From Candidatus Cryptobacteroides sp. (GTDB lineage Bacteria > Bacteroidota > Bacteroidia > Bacteroidales > UBA932): a stretch of DNA of 64,000 nt. The notes under the pieces were generated by a model. That model was not told the DNA's origin and made no database searches. It saw only the letters and a program-made list of their open reading frames with translations. A program made the translations under genes and the position numbers. How positions within the stretch are numbered: the first letter of the stretch is position 1; every line of letters starts with the position of its first letter. The stretch is taken from positions 1,449 to 65,448 of the forward strand of contig JBJEBQ010000020.1 of NCBI GenBank assembly GCA_051870215.1. Reading direction: 5' to 3'. Of the stretch, positions 1 through 9,532 are shown piece by piece.

Positions 1-1
1 T

Positions 2-1534
2 TTTGCGGGTATACTTGCCGGGCATTTCGGTCTGATCATAGACCCGCAAATGCTGGCTTTTGCCCAGAATTTTGGCCTTGTACTCTTCATCTACTCCCTT
101 GGAGTACAGGTCGGTCCAGGCTTCTTCTCGGCATTCAAGCGAGGCGGAGTCAAGCTCAACAGTTTGGCTCTCAGCGTGTTGGCCGTCGGCACAATCATGG
201 CTCTGCTTGTCTGGCAGTTCTCAGGCATGGGCATCAGCACAATTATGGGTCTGTTCTCAGGAGCGGTGACCAACACCCCTATGCTCGGTGCAGCCCAACA
301 GACTCTGCTGCAGATCAATCCGGGGGCTGTCGATGAGGCGAACAATATGGCGATGGCCTGCGCCGTAGGCTACCCGTTCGGTGTAGTTGGCGTGATACTC
401 TGCATCATCATACTGCGAGCCATTTTTTCCAGGAGAATTACGCACAAGCAGAACACCAAAGGTGCAGACAGCGTTTATATCGCTGAGTATCAGGTATGTA
501 ATCCTGCCGTATTCGGTAAAAGCATCAAAGAGATAATGCAGCCGGTAAGCCGCAAATTCATCATCACAAGAGTATGGCGTGACGGCAAGGTACGCATACC
601 GACATCGGACACAGTGATTGAAAACGACGACCACCTGCTGATCATTTCAACAAAAGCCGACGTAGACACCATCAATACGGTGTTCGGGCATCAGGAGAGC
701 AAAGACTGGAACAAACAGGACATCGACTGGGACATCATTGACGAACACGTAGTGTCGCGTCACATCCTTGTGACAAAGCGCGAACTCAACGGAGTCAAGC
801 TCGGCTCGCTTCATCTTCGCAACAACTACGGCATCAATATCACCCGTATCAACCGCGCGGGCATAGACCTGTTGGCAACCCCGGCGCTCAGGCTGCAGAT
901 GGGAGACAAGCTGACTGTCGTCGGAGATCACGAGGACATTGACAAAGTGGCAGATATTCTCGGAAACGAAGCGAAACAGCTGAACACGCCGAACTTGTTC
1001 TCAATATTCATCGGAGTGCTGCTCGGTCTCGTCGTCGGGAGCATACCGTTCTTCATTCCGGGCATAAGCGCTCCGGTAAAACTCGGCATTGCAGGCGGCC
1101 CAATCATCGTCGGTCTTCTAATGGGAGCTTTCGGACCGCGTATCCACATACTCACCTACACCACACGCAGCGCCAATATGATGCTCCGCCAGCTCGGCAT
1201 CACTCTCTACCTTGCAGGTTTGGGACTCAGCGCCGGACCGGGATTCTTCTCAACGGTATTCACAGTCCAGGGACTCGTGTGGGTGTCCATCGCAATCGCC
1301 CTCGCGGTGCTGCCTGTACTGGTCATCGGCTTCATAGCAACGAAATTCTTCAATGTGGACTTCGGCAACAACATCGGAATGCTTTGCGGCAGCATGGCAA
1401 ATCCCATGGCGCTCAACTACGCAAACACTCTCACCGACGACGACAATCCGTCCGTCTCCTACGCGACGGTCTACCCTGTCTGCATCTTCCTGCGCGTCAT
1501 CATCGCACAAATTATCATGCTGATTTTAGCATAG
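2..1534 (+). CDS. YidE/YbjL-family (AAE) putative transporter with two central RCK_C/TrkA-C-like domains; 5' end cut by window edge
   Basis: The frame is open from base 2, with no stop before the first ATG at 50. The translation resembles E. coli YidE along its length (GLVLFIYSLGVQVGPGFF, FSGAVTNTPMLGAAQ, two soluble repeats, second membrane half with SMANPMAL and ATVYP). Confidence 0.85.
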   Translation, partial: FAGILAGHFGLIIDPQMLAFAQNFGLVLFIYSLGVQVGPGFFSAFKRGGVKLNSLALSVLAVGTIMALLVWQFSGMGISTIMGLFSGAVTNTPMLGAAQQTLLQINPGAVDEANNMAMACAVGYPFGVVGVILCIIILRAIFSRRITHKQNTKGADSVYIAEYQVCNPAVFGKSIKEIMQPVSRKFIITRVWRDGKVRIPTSDTVIENDDHLLIISTKADVDTINTVFGHQESKDWNKQDIDWDIIDEHVVSRHILVTKRELNGVKLGSLHLRNNYGINITRINRAGIDLLATPALRLQMGDKLTVVGDHEDIDKVADILGNEAKQLNTPNLFSIFIGVLLGLVVGSIPFFIPGISAPVKLGIAGGPIIVGLLMGAFGPRIHILTYTTRSANMMLRQLGITLYLAGLGLSAGPGFFSTVFTVQGLVWVSIAIALAVLPVLVIGFIATKFFNVDFGNNIGMLCGSMANPMALNYANTLTDDDNPSVSYATVYPVCIFLRVIIAQIIMLILA

Positions 1535-1619
1535 GACCTTCGGACCGCTACGCTCGCCCAGGAAAACAGAGAATGGCTTAATTAAAATGACAGTGAGAAG
1601 GGACACGGAATAACAAGAT

Positions 1620-1651
1620 GAACGGCGTTCGATTCACATCGGACGCCGTTC
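1620..1651. terminator. Hairpin between convergent genes (possible bidirectional terminator)
   Basis: GAACGGCGT (1620-1628) pairs perfectly with ACGCCGTTC (1643-1651) around a 14-nt loop. It lies between the two convergent stop codons. There is no clear U-tract. Confidence 0.4.
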
Positions 1652-1729
1652 GCAATTCTAACCTAAAACTTAACCTATGAAAAAACTATTCGGTTAAAAG
1701 TATTTGCAATTTCTATGCCAAAAGCCGTT

Positions 1730-2425
1730 TTACAACAAATTAATTACGTCTTTTATGCATTTTACTTCGAAAATTCTATTGTTTTCCGGCATATCCATCA
1801 TTTCATGCACCCAAATTACTTCGTGAGGGGTATGAATGGCAGTGCCGCCGATGTTCACGACAGGTGCTATGTCAGATTTGACAGAATTACCTATCATAAG
1901 CAATTCGGACGGGGCGATGTTGTGCATACGGCAGAGTTCGAGGTAATCCCTCTCGCTTTTGTTTTCAAGGACGACGATATGATGAAAATATTTGTCGAGG
2001 CCCGAGCGTCTGTATTTGTACTGCTGTTCCACTATATCGCCTTTGGTGGCACAGACTAGAATGTATTTTTCCTTCAGTGTCTTCAAAGTCTCCACCACGC
2101 CGTCAATCAGTCGGAATTCATGAAATGCCAGTTCTTTGATTATCTTTTTGATGCCTTCGTAGACGTCCTTGGGCAGAGAACCGCCGCAGAGTTCGATTGC
2201 AGCATCAGTCATTCCGATGAGATAGGTTTTCGAGCCATAGCCGAAATAAGGGATATTTTCCTCCTGCTTTGCCCACAGTAGCTTCTGCAGGCCTTCCTTC
2301 GGAGCATACGGAGCCAGGAGCCCGGCAAACTGAGCTTCGGCCTCACGGAAAAAATGCTCGTTTTCCCAGAGAGTGTCGTCAGCGTCAAAGAAGACGTACT
2401 TGTATTTACCGGCAAGAGTTCCCAT
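1730..2425 (-). CDS. HAD-superfamily hydrolase
   Basis: 231-aa ORF with N-terminal YVFFDADDTLW (DxDxT motif I) and a later GNSVKSD-type motif. Its start overlaps the upstream stop by 1 nt. Confidence 0.8.
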   Translation of the reverse strand: MGTLAGKYKYVFFDADDTLWENEHFFREAEAQFAGLLAPYAPKEGLQKLLWAKQEENIPYFGYGSKTYLIGMTDAAIELCGGSLPKDVYEGIKKIIKELAFHEFRLIDGVVETLKTLKEKYILVCATKGDIVEQQYKYRRSGLDKYFHHIVVLENKSERDYLELCRMHNIAPSELLMIGNSVKSDIAPVVNIGGTAIHTPHEVIWVHEMMDMPENNRIFEVKCIKDVINLL

Positions 2426-3144
2426 TATTCCACCGGTTTTTCGTGTGCAAGGCTGTCGGTCCCAGCTGCGAGACTGTCCGATTTGACCGCAAGGCTGTCA
2501 GCCGCTTCCTCAGGCACTGCAGGCTCCACCGGAATGATGGTAATGATGCGCACATCCTCGTAAGGACGGTCATAGCGGTCGGTAGGGACGGAGGCAATCT
2601 TGTCTATCACATCCAGTCCGTCGATGGTTTCGCCGAAGATGGTGTACTGGCCGTCGAGATGCAGGCAGTTGTTTTCGTCCTGTACGATGTAGAACTGCGA
2701 GCCTGATGAAGCCTTGCGCGGATTGGCGATGTCACCCTTGCGGGCTGCTGCCAAAGCGCCCTTTTTGTGCCAGTATTCATTCACAAACTCGGCAGGAATG
2801 GTGTAATCAGGGCCGCCCTGACCGTAGAGTTCCGCTTTGGAAGTGTCCCTGGTGTAAGGGTCTCCGGTCTGTATCATGAATCCGTTGATGACACGATGGA
2901 AGAGAAGACTGTCATAGTAGTGCTCTGCCACAAGTTTCCTGAAATTCTCCCTGTGCAAAGGCGTCTTGCCGTAGAGTTTCACACGCATTGTACCCAAAGT
3001 GGTGACAATGTCAAATTCCGGTTCTGCAATCACATTTTCCATTTTATTCTCCTCATTTTCAATGTTTTTCTTTCTGTTTCCGCAGGAAGCCACCATAAGC
3101 AGGGCCGCTGCGATTACCGATGATACAAGCAATATTCGTTTCAT
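2425..3144 (-). CDS. Cyclophilin-type peptidyl-prolyl cis-trans isomerase, lipoprotein
   Basis: Contains FHRVINGFMIQTGDP and GSQFYIV cyclophilin signatures. The first ATG (3144) gives MKRILLVSSVIAAALLMVASC, a lipoprotein signal. The ORF-track start at 3171 is a TTG lying inside a CAAATTTA -7 box. Confidence 0.9.
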   Translation of the reverse strand: MKRILLVSSVIAAALLMVASCGNRKKNIENEENKMENVIAEPEFDIVTTLGTMRVKLYGKTPLHRENFRKLVAEHYYDSLLFHRVINGFMIQTGDPYTRDTSKAELYGQGGPDYTIPAEFVNEYWHKKGALAAARKGDIANPRKASSGSQFYIVQDENNCLHLDGQYTIFGETIDGLDVIDKIASVPTDRYDRPYEDVRIITIIPVEPAVPEEAADSLAVKSDSLAAGTDSLAHEKPVE

Positions 3145-3168
3145 ACCTTTCTTTTTTGTTACATCCTG

Positions 3169-3176
3169 CAAATTTA
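3169..3176 (-). promoter_or_regulatory. Candidate Bacteroidetes -7 box (TAnnTTTG) for the PPIase gene
   Basis: Plus-strand CAAATTTA is TAAATTTG on the minus strand, 25 nt upstream of the ATG at 3144. Confidence 0.4.
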
Positions 3177-3189
3177 GATAAAATTTCCG

Positions 3190-3197
3190 TATTTTTG
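3190..3197 (+). promoter_or_regulatory. Candidate -7 box (TAnnTTTG) for the flippase gene
   Basis: TATTTTTG about 92 nt upstream of the ATG at 3289, in a divergent intergenic region. Confidence 0.3.
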
Positions 3198-3288
3198 TAA
3201 GCGCATTGCAGATCCTTCGACTTCGCCCTCCGGGCTTCGCTCAGGATGATATAAGGGAGAAGGGTCTGCATGGTATGACATTTTATTA

Positions 3289-4884
3289 ATGAAAACAATG
3301 GCAAATCCGCTTAAACAACTTGCCGGAGAGACGGCTATATACGGTCTGAGTACCATACTCGCAAGAATTATCAACTTTCTTTTCGTTCCGTTCTACACCA
3401 GGCTTCTGACTACGGAAAGCTACGGAGTGGTCACGGAATTCATGGCTTATATCGCAGTGCTGCAGGTCGTGCTCACAATAGGCCTTGAAACGGGCTGTTT
3501 CCGCTTCGCAAACAAAGAAGGGGCAAATGCAAAAGCCGTATATTCAAACGCTTTGGCAGCGGTTTTCGGACTTAATGCAGCCTTCCTGGCAATACTCATA
3601 GCCTTTGCCAAGCCTATAGCCGGAATGCTCGGCTACAGCGGCTACGAAGCGGTCGTAATGTATATGGGAGGCATACTCCTTCTCGACAATGTCACTGCAA
3701 TTCTTTTCGCAAAACTCCGTCAGGAACACAAGGCGCTAAAATTCGCGATATTCAAGACCGTCAAAATCCTCACGGAAACCCTTGCCAACATCGTACTCTT
3801 CTTCTGCTTCCCTGCCTACTGTCTGCGCATTGCGGACTCTCTCGGAAAGACAGTTGACCCGGCAGCTGCAGCGTCATCGGGACTCGGGTTGCTCGACAGC
3901 GGTGATGTATGGCTGCTGCATTTCATCAGTCCCACGCCGGACTTCAGCTATGTGATTTTCGCAGTACTGCTCAGCTGCATAGTCTGCGGTCTGCTTTTCC
4001 TTCCCACCCTGCTGAAATTCAGCTTCGAATTTGACGGCAGACTCTTCAGGCAGATGCTCGCCTACTCACTTCCGCTGATGGTGGCCGCTCTTCCCGGCAT
4101 TGTGAACGACTTTCTCGACCGCATACTCTTCCGCTTCTTCGACACCAACGCGGACGCATGGCGCTCCAGCCTCGGCATCTTCCAGGCGGCCGTCAAGCTC
4201 TCCGTCATAATGAACCTCTTCATACAGATGTTCCGCTACGCCGCCGAACCGTTCTTCTTCCAAAGGGCAAAAGACCGCAACAGCAAGGAGCTGTATGCAC
4301 AGGTCATGGACTATTTCACGGCATTCTGCGGACTGGTATTTCTCGGCGTCATACTCTACATTGACGTCATCTCGCTGATACTCGGACGTGACTTCCGCTC
4401 CGGCGTGGGCGTCGTGCCGATAATGCTATTGAGTTATATGTTCCTCGGAATGCTCTTCAACGTTTCGATGTGGTACAAACTCTCCGGCAAGACCACCATG
4501 TCAATATGGATAACCCTCGCCGGACTTGCCGTCACCACCGCCATCATTGTGATTTTCATGCCGGAATATTCCTATTGGGCAGCCGCCTTCGGACACCTTG
4601 CCAGCTATATAGTGATGTTCATCATCAGCGCGGTGCTCGGCCAGAAATACTACCCGATACCTTACCGCTGGAAACGTCTGTTTGCGATTTTCCTCTGCAT
4701 GGGTGCGGTCTACGGCATTGCACTGCTGTGCGACAGCCTGTTGTTTACCGGTGTCAGCATAGGGACAGGCCATATCGCGGCAGAAATCGGCAAACTCGCC
4801 CTACACACTGTTCTGATCGGTCTCTACGGCTTGGCAGTATGGAAAATCATCCGCCGTCCTGTGAAGACAAGCAACCATCTGTAG
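3289..4884 (+). CDS. MOP-superfamily polysaccharide/oligosaccharide flippase (Wzx/MurJ-like)
   Basis: 531-aa polytopic membrane protein (about 14 hydrophobic segments). Its N-terminus (LAGETAIYGLSTILARIINFLFVPFYTRLL) is typical of polysaccharide biosynthesis flippases. Confidence 0.75.
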   Translation: MKTMANPLKQLAGETAIYGLSTILARIINFLFVPFYTRLLTTESYGVVTEFMAYIAVLQVVLTIGLETGCFRFANKEGANAKAVYSNALAAVFGLNAAFLAILIAFAKPIAGMLGYSGYEAVVMYMGGILLLDNVTAILFAKLRQEHKALKFAIFKTVKILTETLANIVLFFCFPAYCLRIADSLGKTVDPAAAASSGLGLLDSGDVWLLHFISPTPDFSYVIFAVLLSCIVCGLLFLPTLLKFSFEFDGRLFRQMLAYSLPLMVAALPGIVNDFLDRILFRFFDTNADAWRSSLGIFQAAVKLSVIMNLFIQMFRYAAEPFFFQRAKDRNSKELYAQVMDYFTAFCGLVFLGVILYIDVISLILGRDFRSGVGVVPIMLLSYMFLGMLFNVSMWYKLSGKTTMSIWITLAGLAVTTAIIVIFMPEYSYWAAAFGHLASYIVMFIISAVLGQKYYPIPYRWKRLFAIFLCMGAVYGIALLCDSLLFTGVSIGTGHIAAEIGKLALHTVLIGLYGLAVWKIIRRPVKTSNHL

Positions 4885-4928
4885 CGTTGTTAGGATATAA
4901 GAATAAAATTCACAAAAAAAATAATTAA

Positions 4929-4968
4929 AGTCAGTTGCCAATCCCATCTTGACAACTGACTATTTTTT
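4929..4968 (+). terminator. Rho-independent terminator after the flippase gene
   Basis: AGTCAGTTG (4929-4937) pairs with CAACTGACT (4953-4961), followed by T6 (4963-4968). Confidence 0.6.
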
Positions 4969-4991
4969 ATAAGCTATTGATTTTGCTATAT

Positions 4992-7319
4992 TTATTGGTT
5001 GTTACCGACGTTGATATCCTGTCGTATCACAATATCACTATGTTCAAAATTGTGCTCCGAAAGATGTCTGTAGCATTCTGTATAGACTATACCTTTTTTC
5101 TTGGGATCTCTAATCGTAATGATAACTGTGGCTTTAACAGAATCAAATACTCCATCAAATTCACGGTCAGCAATAGTTGCGTCTCTGTAGAGAGCATTAA
5201 TCCTCAGACACCACTTTCTGTCCGACTCAATATATTGAAGATTCCCTTTTCTGATCTGTTCCAGATTTATATGGTATTTTTTGATTGGCTGATACTTCTG
5301 CGCAGTTTCAATCAATGTCCGCTCTTCCATGTATTCGGTCTTCATTGCTCTCTGACTGTACAAATCTTTCGCGAGCATATTTTTCGGATTGACCAGTCTT
5401 ATGGAGTTCCTATACATTGGTGACGTCCCCACTGCTCCCAGAGTATAATACTGAGTCCTATCATAGGTTTGCAGCAACACTTCAACATCGCTTTGGCAGT
5501 ACTCACTTCCTTCTGTCGGTTTCAAGATAGGATCAGTCACTACAGTAACAGTAATATCACCATAGAAATGGCCATCCTCCACCAATGAGACAGGGAAAGG
5601 GATGTCTCTAATCTGTACATCATTAGATAGATCAGGCTGCCAAATCATAGTGAACTCGTCATTATCATTATTGAGGATAGAATCAATGTCCGGCGGTATA
5701 CCATGGCCAAGTTCATTGAGAAGGGTTTTGCTATCTTTCCCGGATACATTTGGATATGTTGCATTATGAACAAGCAGGGCTTTAATCAAATAAGGATCAA
5801 AATCCCTATTGAGACGATGAGCGAGATTTGCCGCCAAAGCCGTAATTCTTGGCGTTGAAAAGCTTGTCCCACGCAATGATGCACACTGATACCCGGTCTC
5901 TGTAAACGAGCAGACCCCAGTATTAGTATTACCTCCATAATGAGCTATGTCAGGTTTAGACAGAAATTCCGGACCAGGTCCAACTCTGGAGAACGGTGAT
6001 TTCTGACCGGCAAGAGCATCTCCTTTCCCTGTATATTCATGGGCTGCAGATGCTACAACCAAACTCCTGACAGAGTCAGCCCCCTGGCAAATCCTTGTCT
6101 CATCGGGCCTCGTATAATCAATATTTCCCGCAGACTTGCATATCAGAATATTGAATTCTTTTTGCAGACTGTCAAGAGCAAACGCAAAGTCAGAAAATGA
6201 TGTATCACTTACCTCAGTCGTAGAGCCCTGCGAAAGATTCCAAACTTTAACATCAGGATTATTTCTTATGGAGGATTTAATGTGTTCAATCATCTCCGAC
6301 TCATACATCCTTACATTACTCTCATCGGTATTGATGATGCAAGATGTTATCTTCATCGGTGAGCACCCAGTCCAATTCTGCCCCTGAAGTTCATCTCCAT
6401 AATTCAGGATTCCAGCAACGGCAGTACCATGACGAAGATTAATATCTTCATCCGCCAAGTCAGCAATGTTCTGATTTGCGCCTTCCATCCAATCACCAAG
6501 ATGTGGGATAGTCTCAATGCCAGAATCCATCAGGCCAACTTTGGGGTAATCCTCACCTTGAATCGGCGCTTTGAGTTCAATTTGAGTGTTGAACGGCTCA
6601 GGAGAGATTGAGAGTTCAATGTATGGCATCTTTTTGACAGAAATTACAGAGTCCATGGTCGCGAGCATGGCAACATCCCGGCGTCCTCTAATGTCAGCAC
6701 AAAAAACATGTACACCTGAGGCGTAGTCAACTCGTTTCACTGAAATTCCAGCAGTTTTACAGTCTGTCATGAAGATATCTTCGGCTATTCTATTGAGCTC
6801 TGCGTTCAGATAATCCACCAACTTGACTTTTACCTGATCCGTATCGATTCCATCATCTATATAAGGTGTAAACAGAGCTATTCCTGTAACAGCCGCAATA
6901 CCAAATTTCTTGTCTTTGCTTATTGTTGACAATCTATCCGGACTCACATTCCTACTGATTCTATCGAGTTCGCTTTTATTGTCTATCTTTACAAGCAACT
7001 TATTGGTGTCACTGACACCGATAATATTTCGCTTCTGCCTTCCATCAAAAATTGACCGCGCATTTGCCCTATATGATTTCGCAGTCGCATGCTCATTAAG
7101 CGTAGCAACGAACAAGACCGGGAGCGGATTTCGGTTATGCTCTCGTTCTGCGAATAACTCCTCAAATGCGCCAAATGATTCTCTTAGAGATGACGCGTTT
7201 GTCATTATTGCATCATCAGTAGCCCATGAAGGAACGTTATTTCCGCCACCACCTTCTTTAAGAAACACGTCAGATTGACCTCGTGTCTTTACTAACTGAA
7301 TTGGATTTGTCTTTTCCAT
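4992..7319 (-). CDS. S8 (subtilisin-like) serine peptidase, IetS-like
   Basis: 775 aa with a complete Asp/His/Ser triad context: VGLMDSGIE, LRHGTAVAGIL, LRGTSFSTPRITALAANLA. There is no signal peptide. About 260 aa N-terminal and about 250 aa C-terminal to the catalytic domain are unassigned. It lies 10 nt downstream of the ATPase gene. Confidence 0.85.
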   Translation of the reverse strand: MEKTNPIQLVKTRGQSDVFLKEGGGGNNVPSWATDDAIMTNASSLRESFGAFEELFAEREHNRNPLPVLFVATLNEHATAKSYRANARSIFDGRQKRNIIGVSDTNKLLVKIDNKSELDRISRNVSPDRLSTISKDKKFGIAAVTGIALFTPYIDDGIDTDQVKVKLVDYLNAELNRIAEDIFMTDCKTAGISVKRVDYASGVHVFCADIRGRRDVAMLATMDSVISVKKMPYIELSISPEPFNTQIELKAPIQGEDYPKVGLMDSGIETIPHLGDWMEGANQNIADLADEDINLRHGTAVAGILNYGDELQGQNWTGCSPMKITSCIINTDESNVRMYESEMIEHIKSSIRNNPDVKVWNLSQGSTTEVSDTSFSDFAFALDSLQKEFNILICKSAGNIDYTRPDETRICQGADSVRSLVVASAAHEYTGKGDALAGQKSPFSRVGPGPEFLSKPDIAHYGGNTNTGVCSFTETGYQCASLRGTSFSTPRITALAANLAHRLNRDFDPYLIKALLVHNATYPNVSGKDSKTLLNELGHGIPPDIDSILNNDNDEFTMIWQPDLSNDVQIRDIPFPVSLVEDGHFYGDITVTVVTDPILKPTEGSEYCQSDVEVLLQTYDRTQYYTLGAVGTSPMYRNSIRLVNPKNMLAKDLYSQRAMKTEYMEERTLIETAQKYQPIKKYHINLEQIRKGNLQYIESDRKWCLRINALYRDATIADREFDGVFDSVKATVIITIRDPKKKGIVYTECYRHLSEHNFEHSDIVIRQDINVGNNQ

Positions 7320-7329
7320 AGCCCGACCG

Positions 7330-8424
7330 TTATTTTGTTGATGCCAGATATTTTTTTACCTTCCTTAAACTAATCCCGGTATCTTGGTTAATTGCCATTT
7401 GCGTCATTCCATGATCACTAAGGAATCGCACATACGACTCCTCCGATTTCTCTGGGAAAACAAGCTCATATGTGGCTGTCAATAGCCTTTCAAGAGGTAT
7501 CTCTTTACTTCCTTCAATCACGCTTTTAACTTTTGCCCTATCAAATATTGTTTTGATATCCGAAGGGGATAAACTTGAAACACTGTTGATGAAAGAATTC
7601 ATCTTCTGTGCATCCGATTTAAGTTCACAAGAAAAAGGAGCCGAGAATACTTCAACCATATCTGCTATCACTTCTTTATCTGGAAGTCCCACTTCTATGG
7701 TTTGCACAAAACGTCTCCATACCGCTTTATCCAAAAGCTCAGGATGATTGGTCGCTGCAATAAGTACACAATTAGCCCCCATGGCATCAATGTTTTGCAA
7801 CAAACTATTGATTACTCTCTTAAGTTCTCCTAATTCGTACTGATCATCCCTTGCTTTAGCTATAGCATCAAACTCATCAAGGAATAAGATACATGGCATG
7901 CTCTGAGCATATTCAAATATCTTTCTGATGTTTTTTGCGGTACTTCCAAGCAAAGAGGAAACAACGCCATCAAGCCTGGCAATAACAAGAGGAAGCCCTG
8001 TCTTCTCGCTGATATAGTGAGCGATGCTGGTTTTGCCACACCCCGGTTTTCCATAAAGGAGCAGAGTCTTCTTAATATCGACACCTGCGATTTCCAAATC
8101 GGCTCCATGCTTGACAATCTCGATAAACTCAGAAACTTGTTTATCTACGGTTTCATTCAGGACAATCAACTGACGTTGATTATCAGATGGATGAATCTCG
8201 ACAATCTGCAATCTGCTATCTGCATCAATGGGGATTGTTTTCATGGCATCTGATAAAACCTGATTCCGACCTTCGTTAGTATCGATGATTTGCCGGATAC
8301 ATTTAGCCAATGACACATCTCCTTCATTTGAAATTCTTTCTGCCAATTTTGAGGAATATGTCAGTATCTTCCTTCTATCATTGGATAACCCACCTTCAAT
8401 TATCCTTAAAATCTCTGTGTTCAT
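7330..8424 (-). CDS. Classical AAA+ ATPase, IetA-like
   Basis: 364 aa with Walker A GKPGCGKTS, Walker B ILFLDEFDAI, sensor-1 ATNHPELLD and an RRF arginine-finger region. Confidence 0.85.
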   Translation of the reverse strand: MNTEILRIIEGGLSNDRRKILTYSSKLAERISNEGDVSLAKCIRQIIDTNEGRNQVLSDAMKTIPIDADSRLQIVEIHPSDNQRQLIVLNETVDKQVSEFIEIVKHGADLEIAGVDIKKTLLLYGKPGCGKTSIAHYISEKTGLPLVIARLDGVVSSLLGSTAKNIRKIFEYAQSMPCILFLDEFDAIAKARDDQYELGELKRVINSLLQNIDAMGANCVLIAATNHPELLDKAVWRRFVQTIEVGLPDKEVIADMVEVFSAPFSCELKSDAQKMNSFINSVSSLSPSDIKTIFDRAKVKSVIEGSKEIPLERLLTATYELVFPEKSEESYVRFLSDHGMTQMAINQDTGISLRKVKKYLASTK

Positions 8425-8445
8425 ATGCGTTCATTTTTGATATTG

Positions 8446-8453
8446 CAAAGATA
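8446..8453 (-). promoter_or_regulatory. Candidate -7 box for the ATPase/protease pair
   Basis: Plus-strand CAAAGATA is TATCTTTG on the minus strand, 22 nt upstream of the ATG at 8424. Confidence 0.35.
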
Positions 8454-8568
8454 TCAATATTTTTGATTATCTGTTCTATTTTCAAAAAAAAACGTTCCAA
8501 ACACAACACATTATGTTCTATTTAAATCTAATTTTGTTCTATAAATGAAGATTCCGGTTTTAAAACAA

Positions 8569-9528
8569 TCAAGCTACAAAAGAAAGGTAATGCGCCACGA
8601 AGAAGCTGAGCGACAATGCAAGGCTGAAAAACAGCTGGATTCTTGCGGTGGCGGCATCAAGTGTGGCAATGCGTCTGGCTCCCAATTTGAGGGATTTGGC
8701 CATATTGTAGCATAGTCCGCAGGCGAAAGGCAGGGTCAGAAAGACCACCACAGTCGAAAGCGGAAAAATACCCACAATAGATAAAACGGCTATCCAGACG
8801 TATGGAATGAGGATTTCACAGCAATAAACGACAACGGAAGCCTTAGGCCCTATGACTATAGGCAGGGTATGAATGCCGGCGGCTTTGTCCGTGGCGGCAT
8901 CCCTGGTGTTGTTGGCGTGAAGTATGCCGACTGTAATCAGACCGACAGGGACGGCAAGCAGCATAATTTCATCAAAGGCATCTCCCCATAATTCCGGACG
9001 GCCTGAAAAAAGCGCCATAAAAAGATCATTCGTGAATATATTGTTCAAGGCCAGCCAAATACCCGAAATCGGAAGTATCGCGTAAGTAATGAAAATATTA
9101 AGGTCACCCAAAACATGGTATTTGCACCACGGATAAACCAATGTAAGGACTATACCGGCAAGTCCGAACCAGAGCAACTGCCAGCCTGCAAGAGCGCAGA
9201 CGGCAATGCCGCAAGCCGAAGCAAGCGTCATCAGTATCAAAGCCAAGAAAATGAATTCCTTAGGCTCGAATATTCCGCGGGTAAGAGTAAACACTCCGTA
9301 AGACTCTTTGGTGTCGACATGTTCCCTGAAATCGAAATAATCATCCCAGACATTTCCTGCAGCCTGAAAAAGGACCATAGTTGCCAATGCGAGCAGGGCC
9401 ACAAGCCAGTTGATTGGAGATTGTATCCAGACCATATAAAAGACCGTAACCACAACAGGCATAGCCGACGCCGGAAAAGTCCACGGACGCACCGCGAGCA
9501 GATATTCTTTGAATGTATGCTTTCTCAT
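8569..9528 (-). CDS. UbiA-family prenyltransferase (MenA-like)
   Basis: Polytopic membrane protein with NVWDDYFDFREHVD (NxxxDxxxD). I take the start at MRKHTF (ATG 9528). The longer track ORF (to 9702) would overlap pheS and has a low-complexity Ser/Thr/Ala-rich extension. Confidence 0.8.
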   Translation of the reverse strand: MRKHTFKEYLLAVRPWTFPASAMPVVVTVFYMVWIQSPINWLVALLALATMVLFQAAGNVWDDYFDFREHVDTKESYGVFTLTRGIFEPKEFIFLALILMTLASACGIAVCALAGWQLLWFGLAGIVLTLVYPWCKYHVLGDLNIFITYAILPISGIWLALNNIFTNDLFMALFSGRPELWGDAFDEIMLLAVPVGLITVGILHANNTRDAATDKAAGIHTLPIVIGPKASVVVYCCEILIPYVWIAVLSIVGIFPLSTVVVFLTLPFACGLCYNMAKSLKLGARRIATLDAATARIQLFFSLALSLSFFVAHYLSFVA

Positions 9529-9532
9529 TATG

